Source: Selaginella moellendorffii
Lineage: Eukaryota; Plantae; Lycopodiophyta
Assembly: GCF_000143415.4 (NCBI RefSeq)
Contig: NW_003314307.1
Location: 11,369 to 75,368, forward strand
Length of the DNA stretch: 64,000 bases
Direction of reading: 5' to 3'
Below the pieces are notes generated by a model. It made no database searches. It saw nothing but the letters and a program-made list of their open reading frames with translations, and was not told the origin of the DNA. Every line of letters begins with the position of its first letter. The stretch's first letter is position 1. The position numbers and the translations under genes are program-made. Below, piece after piece: positions 1-12,857 of the stretch.

Positions 1-169
1 GAGGTTGGCAGTGGTGACTTTTTGGGTGGATTGACTCAAGATTCTACTTTTTGGGGTGATGTTGGCATGGATGACTATCTGGCTTGGCTAGCCAATATGA
101 AGAAGATCTTGAATGCTAAAGGAACTCTAGATGCAAAGGCTTTAGTTGTTATTCTAATAGTTTTGCGTG

Positions 170-2930
170 TGTAAGCAACTAAATTTTTTTTCTACTTTAA
201 TCATTTAACCCACTTTTGACCATTTGGAGGAGTTTCACTCACAACCTTCATAAGTCTTATTCCTAACTTGGGGATATGCTCACTTCGTGAATGGCATTTA
301 TGCCACTCAGCCTTTGCACTTGGTCTAAGTGCTTTATATGTTCGATCCCACGACAGACATTTAATGGTACCATTGATATATCAACTCGTTACACTAAGGC
401 TATAGCCATTTATTTTTGTCTCGTGGGTAATCCAAGACCATCCATACTATACTCTCATCTCCCAAAAATTAGGCCATCTATCCATGAGCATCCCATTACC
501 ACACATTAGCATCCTTACAATGCCCAGAGACATAGAGAATAGCATTCCCTAATATCCCTTCTTTAGTCCCCACTAATCCCTTTCTATCCATTGTCGTGAT
601 CGGCAACACTGCCACTAGGTCAGGGTCCGAAAACTGATCACTTAGTCCTATTGACCTCAGGGACTTTCAAACTTTATATCGGGTCCATCTTGGATCCATC
701 TCAGAATCCATCTTGGACTCCATCTCAGGTCCATCTTGGGTCCATATCAGCTCTATCTTAGACTCCATCTCAGACTCTGTCTTAGGTCCATCTTGGACTC
801 CTCTCTTTATCGGATTTAGATATACCAAGCTCTCACTCTAAGTAATCTAACCGTGCATCATGACTCCGGGGCATCCTTCATTTGGTGGTGTGCCCAACCC
901 AATCTCCTTACTGAAAGTCTATGACCATCAAAAATGAGTATCCTCATATTTAGTAAGTTGGGATTCGAACCCAACCTCCATATATGCATTTATGAATGGC
1001 ATCATCTAGGATACTACACTAATTTTGCACAATCCCATGAACCATTTACACGTGTCTTTCTAGGTATCAACCTACCTAAAGTTGTCTTTGGGAACATTGA
1101 AGGGACTTTATCCCTTAGCTTGTTAAGGCCTCTCCTTTTATAAGCTTTTTAATTGCTATATAATTTCATATGGATAATTCCATACTTTAGACTTTTTAAG
1201 GTATGAATTATCTAGCTTTTGGATTTTGCTAATCTGACGATCTATAAAGTCCTACTTTTAAGGTGTCAGCTTGCTAAAATACAACTTTTTATATTCATGT
1301 CCTACTCATAAAGACCATCTTTTGCAAATGTTACACCGATACTTGATTAATTTTTGTTCCCTGTAGACTACTTTTGCCCTTTAGGACTATCCATCTAAAT
1401 GATGAGAATGCTGACTCATCCTCTAAGTATATTCCCAATTCCTTGGGTTGTTTTAGCATTTATTAAAAGTAGCTCCGGCTACCTTTTTAAGGATGTGTCC
1501 TCATTCATATTCAATCTCCCATGGTCATTAATACTAGTCTCAAATTCATGAGCACCAGCCTCAATTATATGAGGATAATGTTGTGACTCTTTTATTGTCT
1601 TAAAGTCTCTCTTTCCTATGATCCTAACTATAGTTGTTTATCACAACCACATTAGCCGTCAAATGCTCATCTGGATCACATCTTCAACTCTCTAAGGATA
1701 ACCTTATACTATTCCAAAGATTCTAAAGTTGTTAACAAATTGGCCCCTTTTTATCCACTATATTACCAACATATTCACTTATAAACTAAGATGGAGAGTC
1801 ATGCCCTTTTGACATGCTACTCCTCCAGGATAGGCCCACTCTTAGGACCTTTCAATGCCAAGACAAGTGGTGATATACTTAACCACCAATAAGAGTCGGA
1901 TTAAGGAATAGCTCCGGTACCAAATTGTAAGTGACAAAGTTTTCCATTCTACTTTAGTCCCTTAACCACACCTTTGACCATTTGGAAGAGTCTCACTCAC
2001 AACCTCTATAAGTTCTATTCCAAAGTTGGGGACTTGATAGCCCCGAGAATGGCATCTATACCACTCAACTTTTGCACTAAGTCCAAATGCGACACATGTC
2101 TGATCTCATGACCCAAAGATACCATTGACATATCAGCCTATTACACTAAGGCCATACCCATTCACCTTTGTCACACTGATGATCCAACACTACATATATC
2201 ATAGTCCCGCCTCTCAAAGACTAGGCCATTCGTCCATGAGTGATGATCCCAAATCCACTCCTTAGCATCTTTAAGATGCCCATAGATAGGGGAATAGCCT
2301 TCTCAAATATCACTTTTTCAATCCCTAGCAAGTCCTTTTCCATCCACGGCCGTGTTTGCCAACACTATCACTAAGTCAAAGGCTCAACCACTACAACCCA
2401 TTGACCTCTGGGACTTCCTTGCCACATGATCGCATCCTTAGTCACCACACAAGAGGACTATTGCTCTTCCTTTCTTTAGTCTAGGACTCTACGACAACAT
2501 TTGAAAACACTATAGCCTTATGTGAGCTTCATGGTTACTTTCCCTATATTTTGCCTTTGGGTGCCCTACCCATGTGTCTAGAGCGAGGTTCTTATAAGCC
2601 ACACTAAGTATCCAAATAGGTAGTGCCACCCACACTTAGATTGGGAGCATTGACCATCCAATCCCCCAAGGGAGCTAGAGCCGGCTCTTGAACACTTTAC
2701 CAAGCTACCCTTTTTGTCTATCCATATTCATTCTAGCCTTGGACTCTTCAGTGATTATATCACCACCCAACACGTGGGTATAGCCTTCCTTGGTGACACT
2801 GGCCTTTCCTAGCCAAATTGGCTCCACTAGAATCCTCCCCCTACTATACTTTAGAAGCTCATCAAACCCCCCAAGATTTGGGAGACGAATACTTTGGGTT
2901 TTCACCCTTGGACTTGGACTCAAACTTGAA
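170..2930 (-). mobile_element. Degenerate fragments of a non-coding LTR element (LARD-like 'family L'): LTR remnant 170-~800, deleted internal part ~800-1925, 5' LTR part 1926-~2930
   Basis: Reverse complement matches the LTRs and internal region at 25767-41108. The LTR end TTACA at 1926 is followed on the minus strand by a PBS-like ATTTGGTACCGGAGC. Confidence 0.75.
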
Positions 2931-3034
2931 TACAGACAAAGGCTAACAAAGGATTAGTGGCCACTTAGGAAGTCATAAAGGCAAGGATCCGTGCAACTTA
3001 TGTTCCTCCAAATGCCACTCTACACCTAAGAGAT

Positions 3035-4562
3035 TGTAAGACACAAACCCCTAAGCCCCAAAGTGGAGCCAAAAGGGTGCCACATGGTAGTGGCCGAAGT
3101 AAAAGCCAAATAAGCGTAACACGTTTGGACTAAAAGCTTTGACTTCAAAGGTCGAGAGTAGAAGTGGAACTCCTAATGAAATGCTCGAGGAACAAACACA
3201 AAGCGAGCAATAAGTGAGTCTCTTAAAAAGGGGCACAAAAAGACCAACACATGACACGTGGAGGAGTCCAAGATGGACCTGAGATGGAGTCTGAGATGGA
3301 GTCCAAGGTGGACCTGAGATGGAGTCCGAGATGGAGTTCGTGATGGACCCGAGATAGAGTCCGAGATGGAGTCAAACAAGCGTAACACGTTTGGACTAAA
3401 AGTGAAAGCTAAACAAGCATAACACGTTTGGACTAAAAGCTTCGACTTCAAAGGTCGAGAGCGGGAGTAGAACTCCCAACGAAAGGCTTGAGGAACAAGC
3501 ACGAAGTGAGCAATAAGAGAGTCTCTAGAAAAGGGACACAAGAGGACTAACACATGAGACATGGAAGTGTCCGAGATGGAGTCCGAGAAGGAGTCCGAGA
3601 TGGACCCAAGATGGAGTCCAAGGTGGACCCGAGATGGAGTCCGAGATGGAGTTTAAGATGGACCCGAGATGGAGTTTGAGATGGAGTTCGAGATGGACCC
3701 GAAATGGAGTCCGAGATGGACCCAAGATGGAGTCCAAGGGAGACCCGAGATGGAGTTTGAGATGGACCCGAGATGGACCCGAGATGGAGTTGGAGTGGAC
3801 CTGAGATGGACCCTAGATGGACCCGAGATGGAGTCCAAGATGGAACCGAGACCGAGACTGAGACCGAGTCCAAGTTTGAGTCTGAATACTAATACAGGCT
3901 GTTGGATGAAAGCCCAAAGCAATCGTCCCCCAGTGGGGGTGGGGGGGTGCTGCAGGGGGTTCCAAAAGTATAGTAGGGAGAGTGTGGGGGTTGGAGCCTA
4001 ACAGAGCCAATTTGGCTAGGAAAGGCCAGTTTGGCCTAGGAAGGTAGGGGTTGGGTGATGAGCTAACCACTGGGAAGTCTAAGACTAAAGTGAATACGGA
4101 CCGACAAGCGGGGTAGCTTGGTGAAGTGTTCAAGAACTAGCTCTAGTTCCCCCGGGAGATCGAATGGTCGATGCTCCCAGTCCAAGCGTGGGTGGCACTA
4201 CCTACTTAAATACCTGGTGTGGCTCAATGGAACCTTGCTCTAATCCCATGGCTAGAGCACCCAAAGGTGGGAGGCGGGGAGAGCACCTATGAGGCTCGCA
4301 TAGGGCCATGGTGTTCTAAAATGTTGTCCCAAAGTCCCAGACTGTGGAAAGGAAGAGGAGTAGTTCTCTAGTGTGGCGACCAAGGATACAGTCAACGACC
4401 AAGGATACCAAATGCAAAGGTTGAGTGGCATGGATGCCATTCTCAAGGCTAGCAAGCCTCAAGTCCTGAATTGGACTTATGAAAGTTGTGAATGAGACTC
4501 TTCTAAGTGGCCAGAGGGGTAGTTAAGTGACTAAAGTAAAATGGAAAAATTAACCACTTTCA
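3035..4562 (+). mobile_element. Solo LTR of family L (1528 bp) inserted in the decayed gag
   Basis: TGTAAGAC...CTTTCA termini. Perfect 5-bp TSD GAGAT at 3030-3034 and 4563-4567. The gag reading (LHLRD|ELSRLKQ) resumes across it. Confidence 0.9.
3265..3880. repeat. 11/12-bp tandem repeat array (GAGATGGAGTCC / GAGATGGACCC) inside the family L LTR
   Basis: Directly visible. Similar arrays at ~685-800 (minus), ~39890-40125 and ~42745-43040. Confidence 0.9.
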
Positions 4563-4652
4563 GAGATGAGTTGAGTAGGTTGAAGCAGATAAGAACCATT
4601 CAAGAGTATGTGAATAAGTTTATGGCAAAGAGGATCCTTGTTATAGACATGA

Positions 4653-5247
4653 TGTAAGCTCTTGAGTTTGGACTTCTCGGGAGGTCATCCAGCCCAGTAC
4701 TATTCAACCCCAAGGACGCTTAACTTCAAGTATCCCAAGACCCTAAACCGATTGGAAAAAGGGGTGCACTCTTGTTCATGGGCCCTTTCCCTCTATATTT
4801 GAACTTTTATGGATCGTCTCTCGAGTCGTTCCCTTTGGTTGCTTACAATCCACCACGCTTCCGTGCAAGTTCACACCCTCGTGAATGGAAGCTAAGAGCT
4901 ACAGCTCTCCCGAGAGCCCCACTCTCTTGACACCCTACCCCTCGGGTCGAGCCCAGTGGGAGCAAACTGGACCAGCCAGATGTCAATCAACATGTGGTGT
5001 GATTCCCCTAGCCAACCAATAGAGTTAGACTCGAGACCTCTCTGATACCAAATGTAAGCTCCTGAATTTGGACTTCCCAAGAGGTCACCCAGCCCAGTAT
5101 TATTCAAACCCAAGGACACTTAACCCAAAATATCCTAAGACCCTTAACCGATTGGAAAAGGGGGTGCATTCTTGTTCATGGGCCCTTTCCCTCTATATTT
5201 GAACCCCTATGGATCGTCTCTCGAGTTGTTCCCTTTGGTTGCTTACA
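4653..5247 (-). mobile_element. Complete Cassandra-type TRIM: LTRs 4653-4847 and 5053-5247 (195 bp each), 205-bp internal region
   Basis: TGTAAG...CTTACA termini, PBS TGGTATCAGAG, PPT GCGTGGTGGAT, TSD CATGA/CATGG, 5S rRNA-like segment in each LTR. The LTRs differ at several sites, so this is an older insertion. Confidence 0.92.
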
Positions 5248-8162
5248 CATGGGTGACATGGATGTGTTCCATAACTTTATATTAGGCTTATAGAGTTAGG
5301 CTCAAGGCAAGGTGATACATTGAAACCCAACGAAGTATTGGATGTAGCTATTAAGGTGCATTTCAATAATAACCTATGAAAAAAAGAACATAAGGGGGTT
5401 GGGATCCACATTCAGCAAATGAGACAAAGTAAGAGGGATATATGGCAAAGGGAAATTCAAGAAAAGTTTCTCTAAGAGTGAATCCCCAAACAAGGCTAGA
5501 GTCAATATAGCCATTAAGTTTGGTGAAGTCCAAACTGAGGTATGTGATCTAGTTCCTAGCTGAAAGTAACTCATTAACTATGACATTTATTACCCTTCCG
5601 AGGGAAGATTAGAGATAGCTTTATTAAAATCTTTATTGACACAAATGCTTCAGATAATTTTGTGGTTACAGATATAGTCTGACAAGCCTGACTAATAGTG
5701 CAACTGTTGGGTGAACCAAGGACTATAAAGTTTATTCAAGGTAACTAAAGCACCAATGAGGTACTTTGACAAACAAGAGTCAAAGTAGAGATATAGAAAG
5801 TGGATATGGATTTCACCATATTAGACATGGCAGGATATTACATGATCTTTGAGATGGATTAATTTAATTAATTTGTGGTAGCCTTACATAGAAAAAGTAG
5901 GAACTTTGTGGTATTGACAAATGCTTGAAGAGAACAATTCAAGATGGATGCCCAAGATTTAAAGGTAGGGAAATGTAAGGCCAAAAACTCCTGCTTGAAC
6001 CCGGTGTTTATGAGAAGATAACTCACAAAAGGAACCAAGGCAACATTTTCATGCTTACTCTCAATGGGGAGTGAGAAAAATGTGAAAATAAAGGAAATAC
6101 CTTTAGTGATATAGCGGGAGTTAAACCAATTTCGAGATACTATGTTGGAGGAGTTACCCCTTACACCACCAATAGAATATAAGATTGAGCTAGTCAAAAG
6201 TGCTAATATAATGGTTTGTCACCCCTATTTGTTGAACAAAATAGAACTCAAGGAGCTTAACCATTAATTTGAGGAGTTGGTAGATAAAAGGTATATTAGG
6301 TTGAGCAAGTCATTGTATGGGGCACTGGTGTTATTTGTGGAAAAGAAAGATAGCTTTATGCATATGTGTATAGACTACCAGTTGCTCAACAAGTATACAA
6401 AGAAGAACAAGTACTTATTCCCAAAGATTGAAAATTTGTTTGATAGGTTGGGAAATGCAAAATACTTCTCAAGGATTAACCTAAGCTCAGGATATTACTA
6501 AATCAATATAGTAAAGGAAGATGTTTAGAAAATAACCTATGGGATAAGGTATGGAAGTTTTGAGTTTTTAGTGATGCCCTTTGGGTTGTGTAATGTGTTA
6601 GCAATGTTCTCGGCACTAATGAACCACATCTTTGTACCCCATTTGGATCATTTTATGGTCATTTATATTAATAACATCCCGATTTATAGTGAGATGCTAA
6701 AGGACCATGCCAAACACTTGATGAAAGTGTTTGAAAAACTAAGGGAACACAAACTATATGGTAAAGAGAGCAAATATGACTTTGCTCAACAAAAGGTAAA
6801 GTTTCTCGGGCATATGGTGGGTAAGGATGGGCTTAAGGTGGAGCCTGAGAAGGTCCAAGGGATCCAGGAATGTGAACGACTATTGAATATACATGAGTTA
6901 AGAGTGTTCTTGGGGCTACGCAACCACTATTAAAAGTTTATCAAACACTATTCCAGAGTAACTCTACCTTTAACAAACCAAATGGGGAAGATGGTATGGA
7001 CAGCAGAATGCAAGATGGCATTTATCCACCTCAAAGGGAAATTGAGGAAGACTCCTATGTTGGCATTATTAGACTTTAGTAAAAATTTTGAGGTAAAAAG
7101 AGATGCTTCAAACTTTATGTTGGTGCAATTTTGAAACAAGATAACTAGCTAGTGGTATTCTTCTCAAAGAAGTTGGACAAGGCTCAGCGAAAGTAGCTTA
7201 ATTATGAATAGGAACTATTTGTAGTGGTCAAGGCACTCAAAAAGTGGCGACACTACCTTGGGAGGCACTTCAAAGTTTACACGGATAATGTGGCAACAAA
7301 AAACTTCTTGTCACAGCTTGGCTTGTGATGAAAATAGAGTTAATGGGCAAATGCTTTGGCTGAGTTTAATTGTGAGATTTTGTATAAACTTATAGGAAGA
7401 GCAACATCATAACAAATGCTCTAAGTTGAAAAGTAAGCTTGAAGTTGGTGATGTCCAGTGTAACAACAATCTTTTTGGATGATGTGCGGACAATGTATGA
7501 AAATGATAGTCTAACATAAGAAGTGTTACTAAGGAACCAAAAGGTGCGGGATGCTCACCAAAGAGGTGAGCCATCTACAAAAGAGAAAATAGGTTATATG
7601 GAACGCAATAGACTCATCTATTATAAACAAATGAGGGTGTATGTTCCACAAAAGGAACTAAGGAAGCTAGCCTTAGAAGAGTGTTATGACAAACCTCTTG
7701 CAGAACATGCGAAATGCCCAAGACGATAGGCTTACTCAAAATAAAGTATCACTGGCTAGATATAATTAAAGACGTCTAAGACAATGTAAAGACATGTCTA
7801 ACATGTCAATAGGTCAAAGCCATAAGTAAGGCTAGTGGGGGTTTATTATAAAGCCTTTCAATTCCAAATCATTTGTAAAAATATTTTACAATGGACTTCA
7901 TCACAAGACTCCTCCAAGTGAAACAATACTTAGGTGGTGGACTGATTTGGCACATTTCATACCCACCACAACAGAAGTGGATGCAGAAGGTGTGGCAAAG
8001 CTTTTCTTTGAAAAAATGGTTTAAGTGTGGGAAAGGCCAGAAAGAATTATCTTAGATTGAGATAAGTTTGATAGCTATAACACTTCTTGACAAATGGACA
8101 GACAAAAATGATGAATAGGCAGTTAGAGGATTATTTATGATGTTATGTCTCTAGAGACCAGA

Positions 8163-8356
8163 TGTAAGCAACCAAAGGGAACGACTTGAGAGACGATCCA
8201 TGGGGTTCAAATATAGAGGGAAAGGGCCCATGAATAAGAGTGCACCCCCTTTTCCAATCGGTTAAGGGTCTTGGGATATTTGGGGTTAAGCGTCCTTGGG
8301 TTTGAATAGTACTGGGCTGGGTGACCTCCCGGGAAGTCCAAACTCAGGAGCTTACA
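8163..8356 (+). repeat. Cassandra-type 5' LTR (194 bp)
   Basis: Identical by eye to 14212-14405 and homologous to 4653-4847, 5053-5247 and 37003-37197. Confidence 0.95.
8285..8339 (+). promoter_or_regulatory. 5S rRNA-derived Pol III internal control region (A box/IE/C box) in the Cassandra LTR; second copy at 14334-14388
   Basis: GTTAAGCGTCCTTGGGTTTGAATAGTACTGGGCTGGGTGACCTCCCGGGAAGTCC matches the remembered plant 5S segment GTTAAGCGTGCTTGGGCGAGAGTAGTACTAGGATGGGTGACCTCC(C/T)GGGAAGTCC at about 47/55 positions, ungapped. Confidence 0.9.
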
Positions 8357-8359
8357 ATT

Positions 8360-8372
8360 TGGTATCGGAGCC
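8360..8372 (+). promoter_or_regulatory. Primer binding site, tRNA-iMet type (TGGTATCGGAGCC); second PBS at 14009-14020
   Basis: 3 nt after the LTR end; one mismatch to the canonical TGGTATCAGAGCC. Confidence 0.92.
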
Positions 8373-8415
8373 TTTTCCTCAGTTCTAGCGAAGGATAGAG
8401 GCGGATTGCTGGGAG

Positions 8416-11400
8416 ATGGCAAGGGCAGGGCGTAAGCGAACCCAGGCGGAGACGGAACCTCCGCCAGAGCTGGAGCCTCCGGTCGAACAAGAGGCTATGG
8501 ATGAGGAATCCTTGCATGAGGAGGACTCCAGTGAGGAAACCTCCAAACAGGAGTCCGGTGGCGAGGTTCGGTCGTCCAAGGCTCGATTGGACGTGCTAGA
8601 AGGACAGTTGGCACAGACCAATGCCCTGCTGGAAACTCTCGTACGCAAGCAAAAGCGTGACGAGAGGCGGAAGAAAAAGAAAAAGACTGCGGATGCTGGC
8701 AGCGCAGAAGGTGCGGATCTTTCGGCCGGGACTGAGGCAAAACCAGACAAGGTCGAACAGACCGAAGTGGAATCAGTCCCTCAGGCAGTTCCCAAGTACA
8801 AACCAAAGCCCCCACCGGTCTTCAAGGGAGTGAATGACTATAAGGTGGTGGAGGATTGGTTTTACGATATGGAGGACTACTTCCGAGCGTTGCGGTTACC
8901 AAGCTCGGAGAAGGTCCCATGTGCAAAACCATACTTGGCAGATAATGCCAAGTCTTGGTGGAGAACAACGGAGGCCAACGAAGGACCGGTGGTCACTTGG
9001 GACATGATGAAGGCGAGGATCCGCGCAACATATGTTCCTCCGAATGCCACTCTACATCTGAGGGATGAACTGAGTAGGCTGAAACAGACAGGAACCATCC
9101 AGGAATATGTGAATGGGTTCATGGCAAAGAGGATACTTGTCACGGACATGGGGGATATGGATGCGTTCCATGCCTTCATATCAGGTTTGCAAACCTGGGC
9201 TCGCGGCGAGGTGATGAGGTGGAACCCGACCAACTACAAGGAAGCGTTGGATGCGGCCATCAAGGTGCATTTCAACGATAACCTGCGAAAGGGGAACACG
9301 ACGGGGTCGGGATCCACATTTAGCAAAGGGGCCAAACCAAGGGGAACGTATAGCAAGGGGAAATTCAAAAGGAGTTTCTCTAAGAATGAGTCCTCGGGGT
9401 TCCGGAAAGGCAAATCCGGTGGCCAGCGAGCGAGTACGTGGGGGAGTCAAGCGAAAAAGGACAAACCCACGGATAAGAAGGTCAAGTCGTATAGCAGCGT
9501 GGGAAACAACGTATGCTACAACTGCGGCGAAGCGGGACACTTCTCGAGGGAATGTCCCTACCCGAAGAAGGCCAGAGCCAATATGGCCATCAAGTCGGGT
9601 GAAGTCCAAATTGAGGTATGTGATCCAGTCCCTAACTCAAAGTTACTCATTACACGAGCAACTTTGGTAGAGAGTCGTTCGCGACATCTACTAGCCCTCC
9701 GAGGGAAGCTCGGAGGTAGCTTTGTTAAGATCCTTATTGACACGGGTGCTTCGGATAATTTTGTGGCTGCAGACATAGTCCGGCAAGCCGGACTAACGGT
9801 GCAGCGGCTAGGCGAACCAAGGACTATAGAGTTTGTTCAGGGTAGCCAAAGCACCGATGAGGTACTTCGACAAGCGAGAGTCGAAGTGGGGACATGGAAA
9901 GTGGACATGGATTTCACCGTCTTGGATATGGCGGGATTTGACGTGATCTTCGGAATGGATTGGTTTAATCGGTTCGTGGTAGCCCTGCATGGACAAGGTA
10001 GGAACCTTGTGGTATTGGCGAATGCCCAAGGAAGAAGATCTAGGGTGGAGGCCCAGGATCTAAAGGTAGGGCAAAGCAAGGCCAAAGAGTCATGCTTGAA
10101 CCTGGTGTCCACGAGAGGACAACTCACTAAAGGAACTAAGGCAGCCTTTTTGTGCTTACTCTCGGTGAAGAGTGACAAAAAGACAAGAACGGAAGAAGTG
10201 CCTTTAGTGATCCAGCGAGTGTTGGACCAATTCCAGGATACCATGCCGGAGGAGCTACCGGCGGGGTTGCCCCCCGCACGACCGATAGAACATAAGATTG
10301 AGCTTGTCGAGGGCGCTGAGGCGGTGGTTCGTCCCCCCTATCGTTTGAACGAAAAAGAACTCAAGGAGCTCAAGTGCCAACTAGAGGAGTTGGTGCGCAA
10401 AGGGTATGTTAGGTTGAGCAAGTCGCCGTATGGGGCGCCGGTATTATTTGTGAAAAAGAAAGATGGATCTATGCGCATGTGCATAGATTACCGGTTGCTC
10501 AACAAGTATACCAAGAAGAACAAGTACCCGTTGCCAAGGATTGAGGACCTGTTCGATAGGTTGGGAAAGGCAAAATACTTCTCGAGGATTGACCTAAGGT
10601 CAGGATACTACCAGATCAGGGTAGCCGAGGAAGATGTCGAGAAGACAACCTGTCGAACGAGGTATGGGAGCTTTGAGTTTTTGGTGATGCCCTTTGGGCT
10701 GTGCAATGCGCCGGCAACGTTTTCGGCGTTGATGAACCACGTCTTTGTACCCTATCTGGATCACTTTGTGGTCGTCTATATTGACGACATCCTGATCTAT
10801 AGCGAGACGCTAGAGGAGCATGCCGAACACTTGGCGAAGGTGTTTGAGAAACTAAGGGAACATAAACTGTATGCTAAAGAGAGCAAATGTGACTTTGCTC
10901 AGCAAGAGGTAAAGTTTCTCGGGCATGTGGTGGGCCAGGACGGGCTCAAGGTGGACCCGGAGAAGGTCCAAGCGATCCAGGAATGGGAGCGACCATCGAA
11001 TGTACATGAGTTGAGGGCGTTCTTGGGGCTATGCAACTACTATCGAAAGTTTATCAGACACTATTCGAGAGTAGCCCTGCCCTTAACGGATCAAACGGGA
11101 AAAGGGAAGATGGTATGGACAGCGCAATGCGAGGCGGCATTCGTCCACCTCAAAGGGAAGTTGAGGAAGGCTCCGGTGTTGGCATTACCGGACTTTGGTA
11201 AGGACTTTGAGGTAGACACGGATGCTTCGGACTTTGCGTTAGGCGCAGTTTTGAAGCAAGACAACCATCCAGTAGCGTTCTTCTCGAAGAAGCTGGACAA
11301 GGCTCAACGGAAGTGGCCTGCCCACGAGAAGGAATTGTTTGCGGTGGTCAAGGCGCTCAAGGAGTGGCGACACTACCTTGGGAGACACTTCAAGGTTTAC

Positions 11401-11742
11401 ACGGACAATGTGGCAACGAAACACTTCTTGTCACAACCCGACCTGAGAGGGAAACAAGGTCGGTGGGCCAATGCCTTGGCCGAGTTTGATTGCGAGATTC
11501 TGTACAAGCCTGGGAAGAGCAACATCGTGGCAGATGCGCTAAGTCGAAAAGCGAGCTTGAGGTTGGCGATCTCCAGCGCAACAGCAACCTTCTGGGACGA
11601 TGTGTGGACAGCATATGAGAACGATGGTCTAGCACAAGAAGTGTTGTTGAGGAATCTGGAGGCACGGGAAGCTCACCAGAGAGGTGAGCCGCCAACGGAA
11701 GAGAAAACGGGCTATACATGTATCGTTCGAGTATCGGGGTGA
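8416..11742 (+). CDS. Ty3/gypsy Gag-PR-RT-RNaseH polyprotein, integrase core deleted
   Basis: Zinc knuckle [14 protein letters not shown], protease [32 protein letters not shown]. The frame is broken at 11716 by a ~745-bp deletion relative to element B. Confidence 0.93.
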   Translation: MARAGRKRTQAETEPPPELEPPVEQEAMDEESLHEEDSSEETSKQESGGEVRSSKARLDVLEGQLAQTNALLETLVRKQKRDERRKKKKKTADAGSAEGADLSAGTEAKPDKVEQTEVESVPQAVPKYKPKPPPVFKGVNDYKVVEDWFYDMEDYFRALRLPSSEKVPCAKPYLADNAKSWWRTTEANEGPVVTWDMMKARIRATYVPPNATLHLRDELSRLKQTGTIQEYVNGFMAKRILVTDMGDMDAFHAFISGLQTWARGEVMRWNPTNYKEALDAAIKVHFNDNLRKGNTTGSGSTFSKGAKPRGTYSKGKFKRSFSKNESSGFRKGKSGGQRASTWGSQAKKDKPTDKKVKSYSSVGNNVCYNCGEAGHFSRECPYPKKARANMAIKSGEVQIEVCDPVPNSKLLITRATLVESRSRHLLALRGKLGGSFVKILIDTGASDNFVAADIVRQAGLTVQRLGEPRTIEFVQGSQSTDEVLRQARVEVGTWKVDMDFTVLDMAGFDVIFGMDWFNRFVVALHGQGRNLVVLANAQGRRSRVEAQDLKVGQSKAKESCLNLVSTRGQLTKGTKAAFLCLLSVKSDKKTRTEEVPLVIQRVLDQFQDTMPEELPAGLPPARPIEHKIELVEGAEAVVRPPYRLNEKELKELKCQLEELVRKGYVRLSKSPYGAPVLFVKKKDGSMRMCIDYRLLNKYTKKNKYPLPRIEDLFDRLGKAKYFSRIDLRSGYYQIRVAEEDVEKTTCRTRYGSFEFLVMPFGLCNAPATFSALMNHVFVPYLDHFVVVYIDDILIYSETLEEHAEHLAKVFEKLREHKLYAKESKCDFAQQEVKFLGHVVGQDGLKVDPEKVQAIQEWERPSNVHELRAFLGLCNYYRKFIRHYSRVALPLTDQTGKGKMVWTAQCEAAFVHLKGKLRKAPVLALPDFGKDFEVDTDASDFALGAVLKQDNHPVAFFSKKLDKAQRKWPAHEKELFAVVKALKEWRHYLGRHFKVYTDNVATKHFLSQPDLRGKQGRWANALAEFDCEILYKPGKSNIVADALSRKASLRLAISSATATFWDDVWTAYENDGLAQEVLLRNLEAREAHQRGEPPTEEKTGYTCIVRVSG

Positions 11743-12453
11743 GTCCATGGGAAGTCATCAATGTGCGAGCTATTGAAGGTCCTGTGGAACTCGGCGTGGC
11801 CGAGTATCATGGAGAGTTACCCGCAGTGGAGGCATTCACGGCGGAAAGACTCAACATTTGGAATCTAGTGAGGGATTCCTTGGAACGGGCTCAACAAAGG
11901 CAAACCAAGTACGCGAACCTAAAGCGCCGTGACGTAGAGTTCCAAGCTGGGGAGAAGGTGTGGCTGAACACCAAGAACCTTAGGCTACCAAGTGGGATCA
12001 GCCGAAAGTTGACCGAAAGGTAAAAATGCATGTATTCCTGTAAATGAATTGATCTTGAGTTCCTTAAGCAGGTTTGCGGGGCCTTACGAGATTGAGGCAC
12101 GAATCGGTAAAGTGGCTTACCGACTCCGACTTCCTCGAGAGATGGGGAAGATGCACCCAGTGTTCCATGTGAACTTACTCAAGCCGTACTTTGAGGATCC
12201 GCTTCGCAAAGACCAAGTAAGACCTTTACCTGAGGTTATCCAAGGGGAAGAGGAATACGAAGTCGAGGCCATCCTCAATGCGCGCAAGAGCAAGCGACAA
12301 GGACGCGAGGTGAGAGAGTTCCATGTGAAGTGGAAAGGATTTCCACACTGCGAAGCAACATGGGAACCGGAGGAGAACCTAGCGAACGCGCGAGATCTAG
12401 TGGAGGAATTTCTGCAAGGCAGAACTCTATGTACTTATGCAAAGTTCAATTAA
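11726..12453 (+). pseudogene. Integrase C-terminus (GPY/F motif, interrupted by 52-nt intron 12020-12071) and classical chromodomain, orphaned by the deletion
   Basis: RKLTER|FAGPYEI joins after removing GT..CAG. Chromodomain YEVEAIL...VKWKGF...TWEPEENL. Confidence 0.88.
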
Positions 12454-12857
12454 AAATATCAATTTGCAAAGTTGAGCAAGTGGCATATGTTGGGACCCGA
12501 AGGCGCGCCAAAGGTGAGCTAATTAGCATGGGTTAGCTAGGTCGACCAGGCGTAGGGAGCTACGCCCGACTTCCTGCGGGGATGTCGAAACCGTAGACGT
12601 ATTCTACGGAGGTTGGGTTCGAGTCCCAACCCCCTAGTAAAGCAAGGCTGGGTTCAAGTCCCGACCCCATACTAGGGCGTGGTGAGGGGTGGAGTATAGG
12701 GACACCTATATTCCGTTGTCATGAGCTCTTGGCCGGGGAGGCTAACTTAGGCACACCGCTAAGTGGGGGGATGCCCCCGGAGACATGGTCAACAAGTCGT
12801 AGGATAAAAAAGAGACGTTCGATGTGGGCATCGAACTTCTTCTATGGGTGGTGGAGT

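Noticed and set aside
3265-3880. CRISPR-like array
   Set aside because: Contiguous degenerate repeats with no unique spacers, in a eukaryotic LTR context.
3051-4133. Ser/Pro/Arg/His-rich ORFs on both strands (also 39762-40363, 42614-43150)
   Set aside because: Translations of the 11/12-bp LTR tandem repeats; no evidence of coding.
8285-8339. 5S rRNA gene
   Set aside because: Only ~55 nt of the ~120-nt gene is present, embedded in an LTR, with no 5S 5' end or oligo-T terminator.
8385-11761. Antisense and alternate-frame ORFs over gag-pol (also 29300-33398) and over the host genes
   Set aside because: Shadow ORFs of GC-rich coding sequence; their recurrence reflects near-identity of the two element copies.
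12419-12471. Possible third intron after the chromodomain (GC donor, AAG acceptor) and a further donor at ~12514
   Set aside because: AT-rich and intron-sized, but the sites are weak, the acceptor is not conserved in the old copy, and no conserved protein motif is restored; needs RNA data.
12611-12666. tRNA gene or tRNA-derived SINE
   Set aside because: Only T-arm-like hairpins; no recognisable D arm/A box, anticodon arm, acceptor stem or tail.
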